Assembly (NCBI GenBank): GCA_037381445.1
Contig: JARRQT010000001.1
Span: forward strand, 19,567 to 77,422
Direction of reading: 5' to 3'
DNA: 57,856 bases
DNA from: Calditrichia bacterium
GTDB taxonomy: Bacteria; Calditrichota; Calditrichia; RBG-13-44-9
Shown here: positions 26,431 to 37,067 of the stretch, one piece after another
How positions within the stretch are numbered: the first letter of the stretch is position 1
Layout: each line of letters starts with the position of its first letter
Made by a program: the position numbers and the translations under genes
The notes under the pieces: generated by a model
Told to the model about the DNA's origin: nothing
The model's input: only the letters and a program-made list of their open reading frames with translations
Database searches by the model: none

Positions 26431-27879
26431 TTAATTTCCGTGCGAATTCTTTACCTTTAACACAAATGGCCACTCAGCCTTGGGAAACTGGCTTTTTAAC
26501 TGGCCGTTATCCACAAGCCCGTATCCAATTGGCAAATCCCGGTGCGTAACAATCACCTGGGTATTGAATTCAGCCGGTAAATTTAGACTATCCCGGTTTA
26601 CAAATTGTTCCAGTAAATCTAAGTCTTGTATTTCATAAATATTCTGTCCCGCAAACGATCCGAAAATCTGTGTTCCTTCGGTTGTCAGCTTGCCGACCTG
26701 AGTCATCGGGCGCCCGATGGTAAGACCTGTTTTAATCGGTCTTGATTTGAATGAGAATTCCGCCAGTTCCCGGCTGACCGCCGTAATGCTTTTGTCGATG
26801 TAATAACGAAATCGGCCAAAAGTCTTGCGGTCGATTCCAAAATGCACGGAAAAGTAATCCAGGTATTTTTTCACCGGTGATGTTGTATCGGAGATATAAT
26901 TTAGGGAAATGGGTTTCCGTTCTCTTTTATTGAGCGGCTGGTCAACCCGTCCGTTTTTCCGGATTTTTGCCACAAAGAAACCTTCGGTTTGATTCTCGAA
27001 AGGATACAAACGCAGGGCCCGCTCTATTTGAGAGTGATATTTTCTGCCCTCAAATCCGGTCAAGCCCGGCCGTGTGTTGAGGCTTGGCAGATCAATATTT
27101 TCAAGTTCAATGGGATAGGTATTCAGGGCATGATCGAGAACTTCCTCGTTCTCTTCCGGCGTTAATGTACAAGTGGAATAGACCATTTCTCCGCCCGGTT
27201 TCAGCGCTTTGATGGCGCTTCCCAACAACTGCCGCTGTCCGGAGGCCAGTCTTGCGCACTGGTTTGGCGTCCACCAGCTCAGGACTTCAGGATTTTTATG
27301 AAGCGTTCCCAGGCCCGAGCAGGCCGGGTCCAATAAAATTTTGTCAAAAACCTCAAAGTACTGATTACCAAAGCCTTCACCATAATTTTTTACTACCGCG
27401 GTATTGAGAATGCCCATGCGCTGCAGGTTGTTTGTCAGGGCCCTGAGGCGTTTCTGGACCACATCGTTGGCGAGTATCATACCCCGGTTGTTCATCATCA
27501 CTGCCATCTGGGTGGTTTTGGAGCCGGGAGCGGCCGACATATCCAGAACGATGTCGCCGGGCTGCGGCTGCAGTACGCGCGGCGGCAGCATGGAGGCGAT
27601 ATCCTGCACATAAAAATGGCCCAGAAAGTGGGAAAGACTTTTGCCGATGGGATAGGGCTGATAGATCATGCGATAAATATCATCAAAACCGGGGAAAAGC
27701 TCAAAAGTAAAACCCTGCTCTTCCAAAAAAACTTTCAGGTTCTTCACATCGCCTTTGAGGGGATTAAACCGGATAGTATGAGGCAGCTGCTCACCAATGC
27801 TATCGAAAAAACGTTCTTTTTCCTCACCGAGGAGCTGATCCATTAATTTTTCCAGTTCAGGAGAAGGATGATACGCCAT
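26431..27879 (-). CDS. RsmB/RsmF (NOL1/NOP2/Sun) family rRNA cytosine-C5 methyltransferase
   Basis: DMSAAPGSKT, ILLDPACSGLG, VYSTCTL. Start set at ATG 27879 (MAYHPS); the track ORF begins at an upstream TTG. Confidence 0.85.
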   Translation of the reverse strand: MAYHPSPELEKLMDQLLGEEKERFFDSIGEQLPHTIRFNPLKGDVKNLKVFLEEQGFTFELFPGFDDIYRMIYQPYPIGKSLSHFLGHFYVQDIASMLPPRVLQPQPGDIVLDMSAAPGSKTTQMAVMMNNRGMILANDVVQKRLRALTNNLQRMGILNTAVVKNYGEGFGNQYFEVFDKILLDPACSGLGTLHKNPEVLSWWTPNQCARLASGQRQLLGSAIKALKPGGEMVYSTCTLTPEENEEVLDHALNTYPIELENIDLPSLNTRPGLTGFEGRKYHSQIERALRLYPFENQTEGFFVAKIRKNGRVDQPLNKRERKPISLNYISDTTSPVKKYLDYFSVHFGIDRKTFGRFRYYIDKSITAVSRELAEFSFKSRPIKTGLTIGRPMTQVGKLTTEGTQIFGSFAGQNIYEIQDLDLLEQFVNRDSLNLPAEFNTQVIVTHRDLPIGYGLVDNGQLKSQFPKAEWPFVLKVKNSHGN

Positions 27880-28041
27880 GAGATTCCTGTCTTTTGTCCG
27901 GCCAAATTTAAAGGGAAATCGCAACGAATGCTATCATCCGATATTTTTATGTGTTGGAATGCGAGAATGAAGGGCGGGGCGCAGGTGTTTTCAGCCGCCC
28001 CATTTTTTGTTTGAGTCGAAGGCAAATTCAAAAGGAAGAAT

Positions 28042-28758
28042 TCAGATCTTGCCGAAAATTTTGATCGCCGTCTGAGAAAGGTGCCGAACTTCCGGCTGAG
28101 AAAGGTTTATCAGGACTCTGGCAATATCTTTGGGAGTCACCCATTTTGAAAAATCGGCGTCCGGCATGGATTTACGGTTGGCGGCAGTATCGATGACGCC
28201 GGGTATAATGGAATTTGCCTGAATATCGAATTCCTTTCCTTCTTTGGCAATAATCTCAGTGAGCGCCAGCACGCCGGATTTGCTGACGGCATAGGCGGCC
28301 ATCCCGGCGGGCAGGTCGATGGCCGGTCTGGCGGATATCGTGAATATTTTGCCGGAGCATTGGGCTTTCATGATCCTGAATGCCTCGCGGGTACAGAGAA
28401 ATGTACTGTTCAGATTCAGATTCATCATGTGATTCCATTTATCGAAAGGCGTACTCGAAACATCTTGGCCCATCCAGAAACCGCCCATAGTATGGATGAA
28501 GACATCCAGTCTCTGATAGGAATCCGAAAATCGCCGGAAGAAGTCATTCACCTGCGCTTCGGAAATCAAATCATTGTGCACCCCCACCAGGTTCTGATAA
28601 TCGCCAAAATAACTCTTTAGGTCGGAATACTTCTGCTCATCGCGGTAATTCGTGAAAACCGTTGCTCCGTTCTGCAAAAATTCAGCGATGATTTCCCTGC
28701 CCAGGAATCCTGTTCCCCCGGTGATGATGCAGATAAAATTCTTTAATTTTTGCGGCAT
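28042..28758 (-). CDS. SDR family NAD(P)-dependent oxidoreductase
   Basis: ITGGTGFLG cofactor motif and catalytic YAVSK (YxxxK). 238 aa. Confidence 0.85.
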   Translation of the reverse strand: MPQKLKNFICIITGGTGFLGREIIAEFLQNGATVFTNYRDEQKYSDLKSYFGDYQNLVGVHNDLISEAQVNDFFRRFSDSYQRLDVFIHTMGGFWMGQDVSSTPFDKWNHMMNLNLNSTFLCTREAFRIMKAQCSGKIFTISARPAIDLPAGMAAYAVSKSGVLALTEIIAKEGKEFDIQANSIIPGVIDTAANRKSMPDADFSKWVTPKDIARVLINLSQPEVRHLSQTAIKIFGKI

Positions 28759-29262
28759 TGGTTTAATCCTCCGGTCTTTGCTGTCAATATCTTATTACTG
28801 TTGAGTTTGACCAAAATTTTCCAAACAGATTCGGCAATACTTAAAATGGGACGAAACGGAGATATCATTATATGCTTTTCCATATTTAACAAGTCTAAAG
28901 CGAAATGAAATTTTCTGATTTTGTAGATATTTCCCCTAACGGTACCGGGAAGCAGGATGCGAATGATAAGATAGTCGCCCAAAGAGAAATATATACTGCT
29001 TTCTTCCTAACCCAGGATTTATCGAATGGGTTCCGTTTTCATGCCCGTGGGATACGACGTTTGGATAATTTATGTCCTGATATGATTACAATTTTGGTCT
29101 TGTTTTTTCAATAAAAATGTCGAATATTCTAATCAGATTTGAAAGGGAAAGGGAACGCACAGGAAAGTGGGAATTGATTGCGGATATCCAGCCTTAGAAT
29201 AATTCCCAGCCCGTTGCAGTTGCTCCGATTCCATCTGCTAATAATATTTTGGAGATGATCCC

Positions 29263-30471
29263 ATGCGGAAATCCAAGTATATTTTCTTTCTGTTGTTTAT
29301 TTTTATTCAACTCGGCTTTTCCCAGGCCGATACCATTCGGGTGGCGACCTACAATTTTCTAAATTTTCCGGGAAATGATTCCGGCGAACGGATTCCATAT
29401 TTCAGAACCGTTCTTCGCAATATGAATCCGGATATTCTGGTAACGCAGGAGATCCAGAGCCAGGTGGGAGTCAATGCCATTGCCTCTCAGGCGCTGAACA
29501 ACCGTTACAGCACAGTTCCATTCCATGATGGAGAAGATACCGATAATTCAATATTTTTCCGAACCGGGGCTTTTACATTTGTAAAATCGAATTATATTAG
29601 GACAGATCTGCGGGATATTGCGGAATATGTTCTGACGGATAACTTGTCCGGCGAGGAACTGCACGTATTTTCTGCCCATCTAAAAGCCAGCCAGGGAAGC
29701 GATAACGAGCAGAAACGCCTGGCTGAAGTGCGCATCCTCATAAATCATTTGGAAAACCTGCCCGCCGGAACCAATGCGATTGTTGTCGGCGATTTCAATA
29801 TCTATTCCGGGAGTGAACCGGCCTTTACAGAGTTGATTGGCACAGAAACGCTTTTGGATCCTATTCACGACTCCGGATATTGGCACAATAACGGTACATA
29901 TTCTTATCTTCATACCCAATCGCCGCGAATTGATCAGTTTGGCGGTGGCAGCACAGGGGGATTGGACGACCGCTTTGATATGATTTTAATATCCAATTCC
30001 TTGGCGGACAATTTCCTTCCCGGAAGCTATACTGCCTATGGAAATGATGCGCATCATTTTAATGAATCGATAAACCAGGGGGCCAACAGCGCCGTTGCGG
30101 ACAGTATTGCCGATGCCCTCTATTATGCCTCGGACCACCTTCCTGTGTATTGCGAGTTTGTGTTCGGAACGCCTGCTTCTCTCAGCCACGATAAAAATCA
30201 GGCGGTCCACAGCATGGCGCTTTTTCAGAATTATCCGAATCCATTCAATCCCGCCACCCGGATTGACTTTCAGATTGGGCAGCGTCAATTTGTCAGTTTA
30301 AAGGTATTTGATCTTCTTGGTCATGAAGTGTCTGTGCTGGTGCATGCTGAATTAGCGCCCGGGAATTACCATGTCACCTTCGATGGTGAAAATTTGCCGG
30401 GAGGCATCTATTTTTGCCGGCTGCAATGTCCAGATCAAACGATGATAAAGAAGATGGTTCTGCTCAGATAG
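29263..30471 (+). CDS. Secreted endonuclease/exonuclease/phosphatase (EEP) family protein with a T9SS-type C-terminal sorting domain
   Basis: Signal peptide. EEP motifs (VATYNFLNF, VTQEI, VGDFN, SDHLPV). C-terminal LFQNYPNPFNPATRIDFQ...GIYFCRL, typical of Por/T9SS CTDs. Confidence 0.8.
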   Translation: MRKSKYIFFLLFIFIQLGFSQADTIRVATYNFLNFPGNDSGERIPYFRTVLRNMNPDILVTQEIQSQVGVNAIASQALNNRYSTVPFHDGEDTDNSIFFRTGAFTFVKSNYIRTDLRDIAEYVLTDNLSGEELHVFSAHLKASQGSDNEQKRLAEVRILINHLENLPAGTNAIVVGDFNIYSGSEPAFTELIGTETLLDPIHDSGYWHNNGTYSYLHTQSPRIDQFGGGSTGGLDDRFDMILISNSLADNFLPGSYTAYGNDAHHFNESINQGANSAVADSIADALYYASDHLPVYCEFVFGTPASLSHDKNQAVHSMALFQNYPNPFNPATRIDFQIGQRQFVSLKVFDLLGHEVSVLVHAELAPGNYHVTFDGENLPGGIYFCRLQCPDQTMIKKMVLLR

Positions 30472-30480
30472 CGCATAGAA

Positions 30481-31596
30481 TCAGCTCAACAATTTAACCA
30501 GCCAGCTATATTCCTGATAAATGGCGTCGTCCGGGCAAACCTCCGCGCAGCAGAAACAATGGATGCATGTCTCGTAGTCGATTTGAGGAAGTCCACTACC
30601 ATCCGGCGACATGGCTTTCACCGGGCAGTTCCTGATACAGATGCCGCAGTGTGTGCATTGTTCCGGACTTGCTTTGGGCCTGCTCCAGATCAGTTTCTTC
30701 AGAAGAGAATAAGAAAATTCAGGCAACCTGCTGAAAACATGGGGAGCGGGGATTTCTGCCTGAATATGAGTCAGGGGACCCCCGGATATTGAAATATTTT
30801 TCAGATCTGTCTCACCGATTTGCTTTTCCCGCGCGAACCGTATCATGTCGACCGATAGCGGATCAATTCCAAGACTGCGGGCTGCCACCGCATCCACCGC
30901 CACGCCGTCTGTCCCGGCGAATAAGTATCCGGCATAACGCACTTTTCCGCCGGAGGAAGGGCCGTTTCCCTCCAGAATGCTTATGCCGTCCATAATGGTA
31001 AAATGGGGACGCACCGCTGCGTAAATTTCCACCATATTTGCGGAGAAATCCGCGGGATTGGGAAAACGCACATGAAATTCACCCTTCTGGATGCCGGGAA
31101 TCAGGCCGAAAACATTTTTCATGGCGCCGGTAATCAACGTTAGCCCGTGGGTTTTCAGCTTGGGAAGGTTAACCACATAATCCACCTCATCCAAAAAATC
31201 GGTGAAGAAAAAATTGCGACTGATCCCTTTTCTTTCCACCAATCCGCGGGAATTAATATTGATCAGTTCGGCCCCGCTGGCACGGGCTGCATCCTCCATT
31301 CCGGTGATTTTCCAAAGACGGCTCATACTCTTATTGTTAATTCCGGCGGGGCTGTCCGCGATGTAAACGCTATTCCCGAAGTCTCTCAAAACGGACGCGA
31401 TCAGTTGGACCAGCAAAGGGTGTGTGGTTACCGATGCTTCAGGAGGATGGGGAGAGAGCATGTTGGGCTTCAGCAAAATCTTGCTATTCTGTGGAAAACC
31501 GTCATCCTGAATTTTCCAAAAATCAAACAGGGCATCCAGATGCTGTGAAATGCCGCTATCGTAGCGGAGCTGACTGAGAAAAAATAACGCTGTCAT
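30481..31596 (-). CDS. DUF362 domain protein with a C-terminal 2x[4Fe-4S] ferredoxin domain
   Basis: DUF362-like core (LKPN.., LKTHGLT, G.MKN.FG). C-terminal CTHCGICIRNCP and CIHCFCCAEVCP. Confidence 0.8.
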   Translation of the reverse strand: MTALFFLSQLRYDSGISQHLDALFDFWKIQDDGFPQNSKILLKPNMLSPHPPEASVTTHPLLVQLIASVLRDFGNSVYIADSPAGINNKSMSRLWKITGMEDAARASGAELININSRGLVERKGISRNFFFTDFLDEVDYVVNLPKLKTHGLTLITGAMKNVFGLIPGIQKGEFHVRFPNPADFSANMVEIYAAVRPHFTIMDGISILEGNGPSSGGKVRYAGYLFAGTDGVAVDAVAARSLGIDPLSVDMIRFAREKQIGETDLKNISISGGPLTHIQAEIPAPHVFSRLPEFSYSLLKKLIWSRPKASPEQCTHCGICIRNCPVKAMSPDGSGLPQIDYETCIHCFCCAEVCPDDAIYQEYSWLVKLLS

Positions 31597-31606
31597 GTCA
31601 AATGAA

Positions 31607-32296
31607 TTATTGGTGCATTAAAGTGGAGGGCACTGATTCTTCGTCGACCGGAATGGCAGAATCCAGAACGACTTCTTCCACCATCTCGATGGCTCTTTTT
31701 GCGCGGCGTTTGGATATTTGCCGAAAAAGTTCACCGGACACCAGCGACAGAAAAAATATTCCGATGATCCAGTTGGGAACTTTCAGCAGGGCGCCAAAAA
31801 GAGCAAGGAAATAATAGCGGGGTATGCGTCCCAATACAACTGCTGCGGTATATTTCCACATGGGATATCCGCTGGCAACCGATAATATGCGAACCGGATA
31901 AAAAGGAACCGGTGAGAGCGCTGCGATGAAATTTGTGAGAAAGGGTGCCTTCTCGTAATAATTGACCGTTTTTCGATAAATTCCGGTTTCCCTGATCTTC
32001 GCGAGCCTCGTGCGGGAAAAAACAGGGAGCAGGACGGCATAATCGATTGCACACGCGATGATAGTGGGAAGGGTTGCCGTGATAGTGGTAGCAACCGGTC
32101 CGAATATTTTTCCATAATAAATAATGGCCGGTTCGTGCGGAAAAGGAACAAACGAATTAGACGGGATAATATAAAAGAATAGAAAAACCAGACCCTTATA
32201 ATGGGGGATGAAAAAATAAACATAAGTGCCCGCCAGGGTCGCGATAGCAAGCGTAGATAAGAGAAACTTCCAGTTTTTAGGCATTTTCCGCAACAT
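31607..32296 (-). CDS. VTT-domain (YqaA/DedA-like) membrane protein
   Basis: Polytopic. ..FVPFPHEPAIIYYGK.. and ..ALSPVPFYPVRILSVASGYP..GRIPRYY resemble VTT/SNARE-associated domains. Start uncertain: ATG 32296 chosen, with TTG 32332 and ATG 32284 as alternatives. Confidence 0.55.
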   Translation of the reverse strand: MLRKMPKNWKFLLSTLAIATLAGTYVYFFIPHYKGLVFLFFYIIPSNSFVPFPHEPAIIYYGKIFGPVATTITATLPTIIACAIDYAVLLPVFSRTRLAKIRETGIYRKTVNYYEKAPFLTNFIAALSPVPFYPVRILSVASGYPMWKYTAAVVLGRIPRYYFLALFGALLKVPNWIIGIFFLSLVSGELFRQISKRRAKRAIEMVEEVVLDSAIPVDEESVPSTLMHQ

Positions 32297-32382
32297 GTCT
32301 GTTAAGATATAAAAAAATATAAAATTAGTCAATATACTTTATAAGAAATTTTTAAGAAAAATGTGAAATTTGACAGAAATCA

Positions 32383-33480
32383 TTATAATCGGACAAACAT
32401 TTTTCCGGAAAGCTGCTGAACCAAACCGAGCAATTCAAGATTCAGCAGACCGGAAAGAATGATGGCGGGCGATTCCTTCAACTCCATCACCAGTCTGTCA
32501 ATATGCTTGGGTTCATTCGAGAGCTTTGATAGAATGGCCGTTTCGAGCTTGCTTAAATTTTCGGGTACCGGTTTAGGGGGCAGGCTTCCGGGTGTGGTCC
32601 ATCCGCTGATTTCCTCCAGGATATCATCCACGGATTGAACCAGTTTGGCCCCTTGCTTAATCAGCGTATTGGTACCGCGGCTCTTAGGGCTGTTTATATT
32701 TCCGGGAATGGCGAAAACTTCGCGGTTTTGGTTCAGCGCATATAACGCGGTAATCAGTGCACCGCTTCTGTCTCCCGCCTCAATTACCAGGGTGCCCTGG
32801 GACAGGCCGCTGATAATGCGGTTTCGTTTGGGAAAATTCGTTGCGTCCGGTCCGGTGCCAATCAGATATTCCGAAAAAATGGAGCCGTGATTTGGGATGT
32901 CTGTATAAAGCTGCCGGTTCTCGGGCGGATAACAGCGGTCGATTCCGCACCCCAATACAGCAATAGTCTGGCCGCCATTTCTGAGCGCAGTATGATGGGC
33001 AACAGCATCGATTCCGCGCGCCATTCCGCTAATAATAGTAATATTGCGCGCAGTCAGTTCTCTCACAATTTCGGTAGTTACTACTTTGCCATAGGAGGAG
33101 GGTGTGCGCGTCCCCACAACAGCAATAGCCTGCCGGTGTTCTTCACTCACCGTCCCTTTGTAAAACAGGATCACCGGCGGATCCGAAATTTGTTTCAGGG
33201 AGGCAGGATAGTCGCGGTCCCAGATGGTGAGATATTGCACCTGGAATTTTTCGATAAGATGAACCTGCTTTTCCGCCTCAGCGGTATCGCCTCCCTTTTT
33301 AAGCTGAGCCGCCAGCTTGAAATCGATGCCATCCACCCGCACCAGTTTTTGTACCGGCGCTTTCAATATCTCGTCTTTGCTGTGAAAAACCTGCAGCAGC
33401 CGCCGGATACGCCCCGGCCCGATATTGGGAATGGTCAATAAGTATATCAGATCAAGAATGTGCGGTTTATGATCTTCCAT
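32383..33480 (-). CDS. dprA: DNA-processing protein DprA (Smf)
   Basis: VVGTRTPSSYG, SGMARGIDAVAH, VIEAGDRSGALITA. C-terminal winged-helix-like tail. Start set at ATG 33480. Confidence 0.9.
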   Translation of the reverse strand: MEDHKPHILDLIYLLTIPNIGPGRIRRLLQVFHSKDEILKAPVQKLVRVDGIDFKLAAQLKKGGDTAEAEKQVHLIEKFQVQYLTIWDRDYPASLKQISDPPVILFYKGTVSEEHRQAIAVVGTRTPSSYGKVVTTEIVRELTARNITIISGMARGIDAVAHHTALRNGGQTIAVLGCGIDRCYPPENRQLYTDIPNHGSIFSEYLIGTGPDATNFPKRNRIISGLSQGTLVIEAGDRSGALITALYALNQNREVFAIPGNINSPKSRGTNTLIKQGAKLVQSVDDILEEISGWTTPGSLPPKPVPENLSKLETAILSKLSNEPKHIDRLVMELKESPAIILSGLLNLELLGLVQQLSGKMFVRL

Positions 33481-33597
33481 GCTGTAAAATTTTCTCAAAA
33501 ATTTCGTGTATTAGGTCTTTCGCACCGCCAATAAAATGGAAAAAGCCGTCTTCATAGGGAAAGAGAGGCCATTTTCTTTGTCATATTTAATGAGAAG

Positions 33598-34584
33598 CTA
33601 TGGATTTGAAGATGCCTGCAATTTCTCCCACAGCTTGCGTTTCAGTTCCTCCAATCCCTCCCCCGTAACAGCGGACAATGAAAGAATCGGGGAATTGAGC
33701 CTGCCCGTGACCTCGGAGATGTAATCCTCCTGCCAGATATCCTTTTTAGTGAAAAATACAAGATATGGCTTCTTGACCAGTTCAGTGCTATACAGTTTCA
33801 GTTCACTATGGAGGGTGTGGAATGTGCTAACCGGATCATCAGCAGTGGGATCGATGAGATAAACCAGTAGCCGGGTTCTTTCGATATGCCGCAGGAATTG
33901 CAGCCCCAGCCCCCGCCCTTCGTGTGCCCCCTCGATAAGGCCCGGAATATCCGCCATTACCAGACTCTGGTAATCGCCGATCCTTACGATCCCCAGATTG
34001 GGTTGGAGGGTGGTGAATGGATAGTCGGCAATCTTGGGCCGGGCGTCCGATAATTTGGAAAGAAGCGTGGATTTGCCGGCGTTGGGCATCCCGACCAGTC
34101 CTACATCGGCAATCAGTTTCAGCTCAAGCACCAGCCAGCGCTCTTCGCCCGGCTCCCCGACTTCCCACTCCCGGGGCGCCTGATGGGTCGGTGTTGCAAA
34201 ATGAGCGTTACCGCGACCACCTTTTCCCCCTTTTGCTGCAACGAAACGGTCTCCGGCATTGACGAGATCTGCCAGCACTTTTCCGGATTCGGCATCCTTC
34301 ACTGTAGTACCAGCGGGGACTTTCAGAACAATACCCGCGGAATCCCTGCCGTTTCTTTTCTTGCCCATGCCATGCTGGCCGTGTCGGGTTTTATAATGCT
34401 TCTTGTATTTGAAATCGATGAGGGTTCGCAGTTGAGGGTCCGCGAGCAAGATGATGTCTCCGGCCCGGCCGCCGTCTCCGCCATCCGGCCCGCCTTTCGG
34501 CACATGTTTTTCCCGCCGGAAACTGCAGGCGCCGCTGCCGCCCTGACCGGCCGCGACATAAATTTTGGCATAATCTATAAACAA
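33598..34584 (-). CDS. obg: GTPase Obg/CgtA
   Basis: FIDYAKIYVAAGQGGSGACSFRREKHVPKGGPDGGDGGRAGDI, G1 GMPNAGKST, G3 DIPGLIEGA. Start assigned to TTG 34584, 9 nt after AGGAG; the upstream 36 codons of the track ORF look non-native. Confidence 0.9.
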   Translation of the reverse strand: MFIDYAKIYVAAGQGGSGACSFRREKHVPKGGPDGGDGGRAGDIILLADPQLRTLIDFKYKKHYKTRHGQHGMGKKRNGRDSAGIVLKVPAGTTVKDAESGKVLADLVNAGDRFVAAKGGKGGRGNAHFATPTHQAPREWEVGEPGEERWLVLELKLIADVGLVGMPNAGKSTLLSKLSDARPKIADYPFTTLQPNLGIVRIGDYQSLVMADIPGLIEGAHEGRGLGLQFLRHIERTRLLVYLIDPTADDPVSTFHTLHSELKLYSTELVKKPYLVFFTKKDIWQEDYISEVTGRLNSPILSLSAVTGEGLEELKRKLWEKLQASSNP

Positions 34585-34907
34585 AAAGCAAATTCTCCTA
34601 GTTTGATTTAACCTGAAAATTTTAAGCAAAATACCGAATTTACACAAGGAAAAATAATGACAATCTTTTACCAAAACAATATACAGAATCAATTATCGCC
34701 GGTTTTCAATTCCTTAAATATGCAGAGTTCAAATCGTGTGCGTAAAAAGATCAATATTATCAACGGGATAAAATCTCAGCCATATTTTTGCGGCCAGCTT
34801 ACGACGCAGTCATTAATCACTCCCAAAATTAAAAAACGCTTTTAATTAATTTCTATGGATGTTAGAATGCTTTTATTTAACGATAAAATTTTACTAAGGA
34901 GACACAC

Positions 34908-36317
34908 ATGCGGGCAGAACTGTTTTCCTGGGGGGCAGCGGAAGAGGTAACCGGATCCAAACATTTCTTGCAGGTTGGCGATAATACTGTGATGATTGAT
35001 TGCGGCGCGTTTCAGGGCCGGCGTGCAGAAGCGGAGGAAAAAAACCGGAACTGGCAGTTTGATGCGGCACGGGTTAATTCGGTGATTCTTACCCATGCCC
35101 ATTATGATCATTGCGGGCTGCTGCCGTTGATGCCGAAAAAGGGATTTCAGGGTAATATTTATACCACCCCGGCCAGCCGTGACCTGGCCAGCCTTATCAT
35201 GATGGACTCTGCCCATATACAGGCAAAGGATATTGAATTTCTTCGCAAAAGGGCCCGCAAAAAGGGAGAGGAATTCGATAAGCAACCGCTTTTTAATGAG
35301 AAGGATGTGGTAAATTGCCTGGATTACTTTGTAACCATTTCCTATCAACGTACTTTCTTTCTGGGCGATGGCATAAAAGCCACTTTCTATGATGCCGGGC
35401 ACATTCTTGGCTCGGCACTTACCATTCTTGATATCAATAAAAACGGCCAAAAAATGTCCGTCGGTTTTTCCGGAGATCTCGGCAGAAAGAATCTCCCCAT
35501 TCTGCGTGATCCGGCAATCATTCCGCCGGTCGATTATTTGGTTCTTGAAAGCACCTACGGCAATCGCCTGCATGACCCCATCGATCTGGCAATGGATAAG
35601 CTGGCTGATGTCATCAATCGTACCGTAAGCCGGGGCGGAAAAATAATTATCCCCTCCTTCGCGGTAGAACGAACCCAGGAGCTGGTTTATTACCTGCATC
35701 TTCTCACCGATCAAAATCGTATTCCCCGCATTCCGGTTTATGTGGACAGTCCCATGGCGACCAATGCCACCTCAATATTCCGGGTTCATCAGGAGTGCTA
35801 TGACGATGAGACCCGTGAAGCCTTCCTGGTCCATCACAAAAATCCGTTCGGATTCAATGAACTTCACTATATTACCTCCCAGGAAGAGAGTCAAGAGCTT
35901 AACCAGCTAAATGAACCGGCAATTATTATTTCATCCTCGGGAATGTGCGAAGCCGGACGGATTCTCCACCATCTGCTGCATAATATTGAAGATTCAAGGA
36001 ACACGGTGCTGATCGTGGGATACATGGCGGAAAACACACTGGGGAGGAAAATTCAGGAGAAACAGCCGGAAGTTAAAATTTTTGGGGATTTCTATAAACT
36101 GAAAGCGGAGGTTGATGTCCTGAATTCCTTCAGTGCGCATGCGGATTATAATGATATCATGGAATATGTTTCCCACCTGGATTTTCATAGACTGAAAGAG
36201 ATCTTTCTGGTACACGGGGAACCCGAAGCCCAGGAAAATCTCAAAAAATTACTGGAAGAAAAAGGTTATAAAACCACCATTATTAAGTATGAGCAAAAAT
36301 ATACCTTGCAGGTTTAG
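34908..36317 (+). CDS. MBL-fold beta-CASP family RNA-metabolising hydrolase
   Basis: HxHxDH motif (LTHAHYDHCG). beta-CASP-like middle region and C-terminal ..SAHAD.. motif. SD AAGGAG upstream of the ATG. Confidence 0.85.
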   Translation: MRAELFSWGAAEEVTGSKHFLQVGDNTVMIDCGAFQGRRAEAEEKNRNWQFDAARVNSVILTHAHYDHCGLLPLMPKKGFQGNIYTTPASRDLASLIMMDSAHIQAKDIEFLRKRARKKGEEFDKQPLFNEKDVVNCLDYFVTISYQRTFFLGDGIKATFYDAGHILGSALTILDINKNGQKMSVGFSGDLGRKNLPILRDPAIIPPVDYLVLESTYGNRLHDPIDLAMDKLADVINRTVSRGGKIIIPSFAVERTQELVYYLHLLTDQNRIPRIPVYVDSPMATNATSIFRVHQECYDDETREAFLVHHKNPFGFNELHYITSQEESQELNQLNEPAIIISSSGMCEAGRILHHLLHNIEDSRNTVLIVGYMAENTLGRKIQEKQPEVKIFGDFYKLKAEVDVLNSFSAHADYNDIMEYVSHLDFHRLKEIFLVHGEPEAQENLKKLLEEKGYKTTIIKYEQKYTLQV

Positions 36318-36448
36318 GATATCTTGACTACCGGTTGGTTCGTCTTACATTTTGTGCTTGAGAGGCCTTCTCTTTTTGATTAAGGAAGGGCCTTCTCGGG
36401 TTCAATTAGTTCGCCGCAGATTCACAACTCAAATTTTAGCCGCTGTTA

Positions 36449-36892
36449 TTATTCCCTTACCGAAATAAGCGGCTCGAGGTTCTCAAAAGTCTTCTTTCCG
36501 ATTCCCTTTACTTTCATCAAATCTTTTTTGGAATGAAATGGTCCATTGGCGTTACGGTATTCAATAATCCTGTCAGCCATTTTGGGGCCAATCCTGGGAA
36601 GGTTCTGCAGGGTGCCGGCATCCGCCCGATTAATATTGATGGGAGCGCCCGTTGATTCCGGAGTCAAGTGATTACCGGATACGCTGGGTGCGTCGTAGGG
36701 TCCGTCCGGGAGGTCTTCTTGATAAATAGCGGAGAGGCTGTCGAATTTAGCGTCGAACCTCTTCTCGAAGGAGCTGAAATCATAGGGCTCGGGCGAAATA
36801 AATAGTGCTTTGCCATACTGCAGCAGGACCGAAATCCCAAAAATTGCAATGACAAACCAAAGAGCCCGATATTGCATCTTCGTTAAATACAT
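36449..36892 (-). CDS. ComEA family helix-hairpin-helix DNA-binding protein
   Basis: N-terminal TM anchor. C-terminal INRADAGTLQNLPRIGPKMADRIIEYRNANGPF....L..VKGIGKKTFE (tandem HhH). Confidence 0.8.
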   Translation of the reverse strand: MYLTKMQYRALWFVIAIFGISVLLQYGKALFISPEPYDFSSFEKRFDAKFDSLSAIYQEDLPDGPYDAPSVSGNHLTPESTGAPININRADAGTLQNLPRIGPKMADRIIEYRNANGPFHSKKDLMKVKGIGKKTFENLEPLISVRE

Positions 36893-37067
36893 TCAGCCTC
36901 TTCATATTCAGTTAAAAAATGAGAACGCCTGAATATAGAGAATTCTAATAAGAAAAACAAATTGTGTGCCCTGAAAGGCCTGAATAAAAAAGGAGAGGCT
37001 ATCGGCAATGAGACAGCCCTCTCTCCCGCGTGGTCCAAAGAACAATTTATGCTGAATAGCGAAATCC

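Noticed and set aside
28743-29114. 79-aa (-) and 69-aa (+) ORFs in the spacer upstream of the EEP gene
   Set aside because: They overlap each other on opposite strands, have no SD or motifs, and have random-looking composition.
34842-35714. 290-aa minus-strand ORF overlapping the 5' half of the beta-CASP hydrolase gene
   Set aside because: Codon-aligned shadow of a gene with clear HxHxDH/beta-CASP motifs and a strong SD. The antisense product has no recognisable features.
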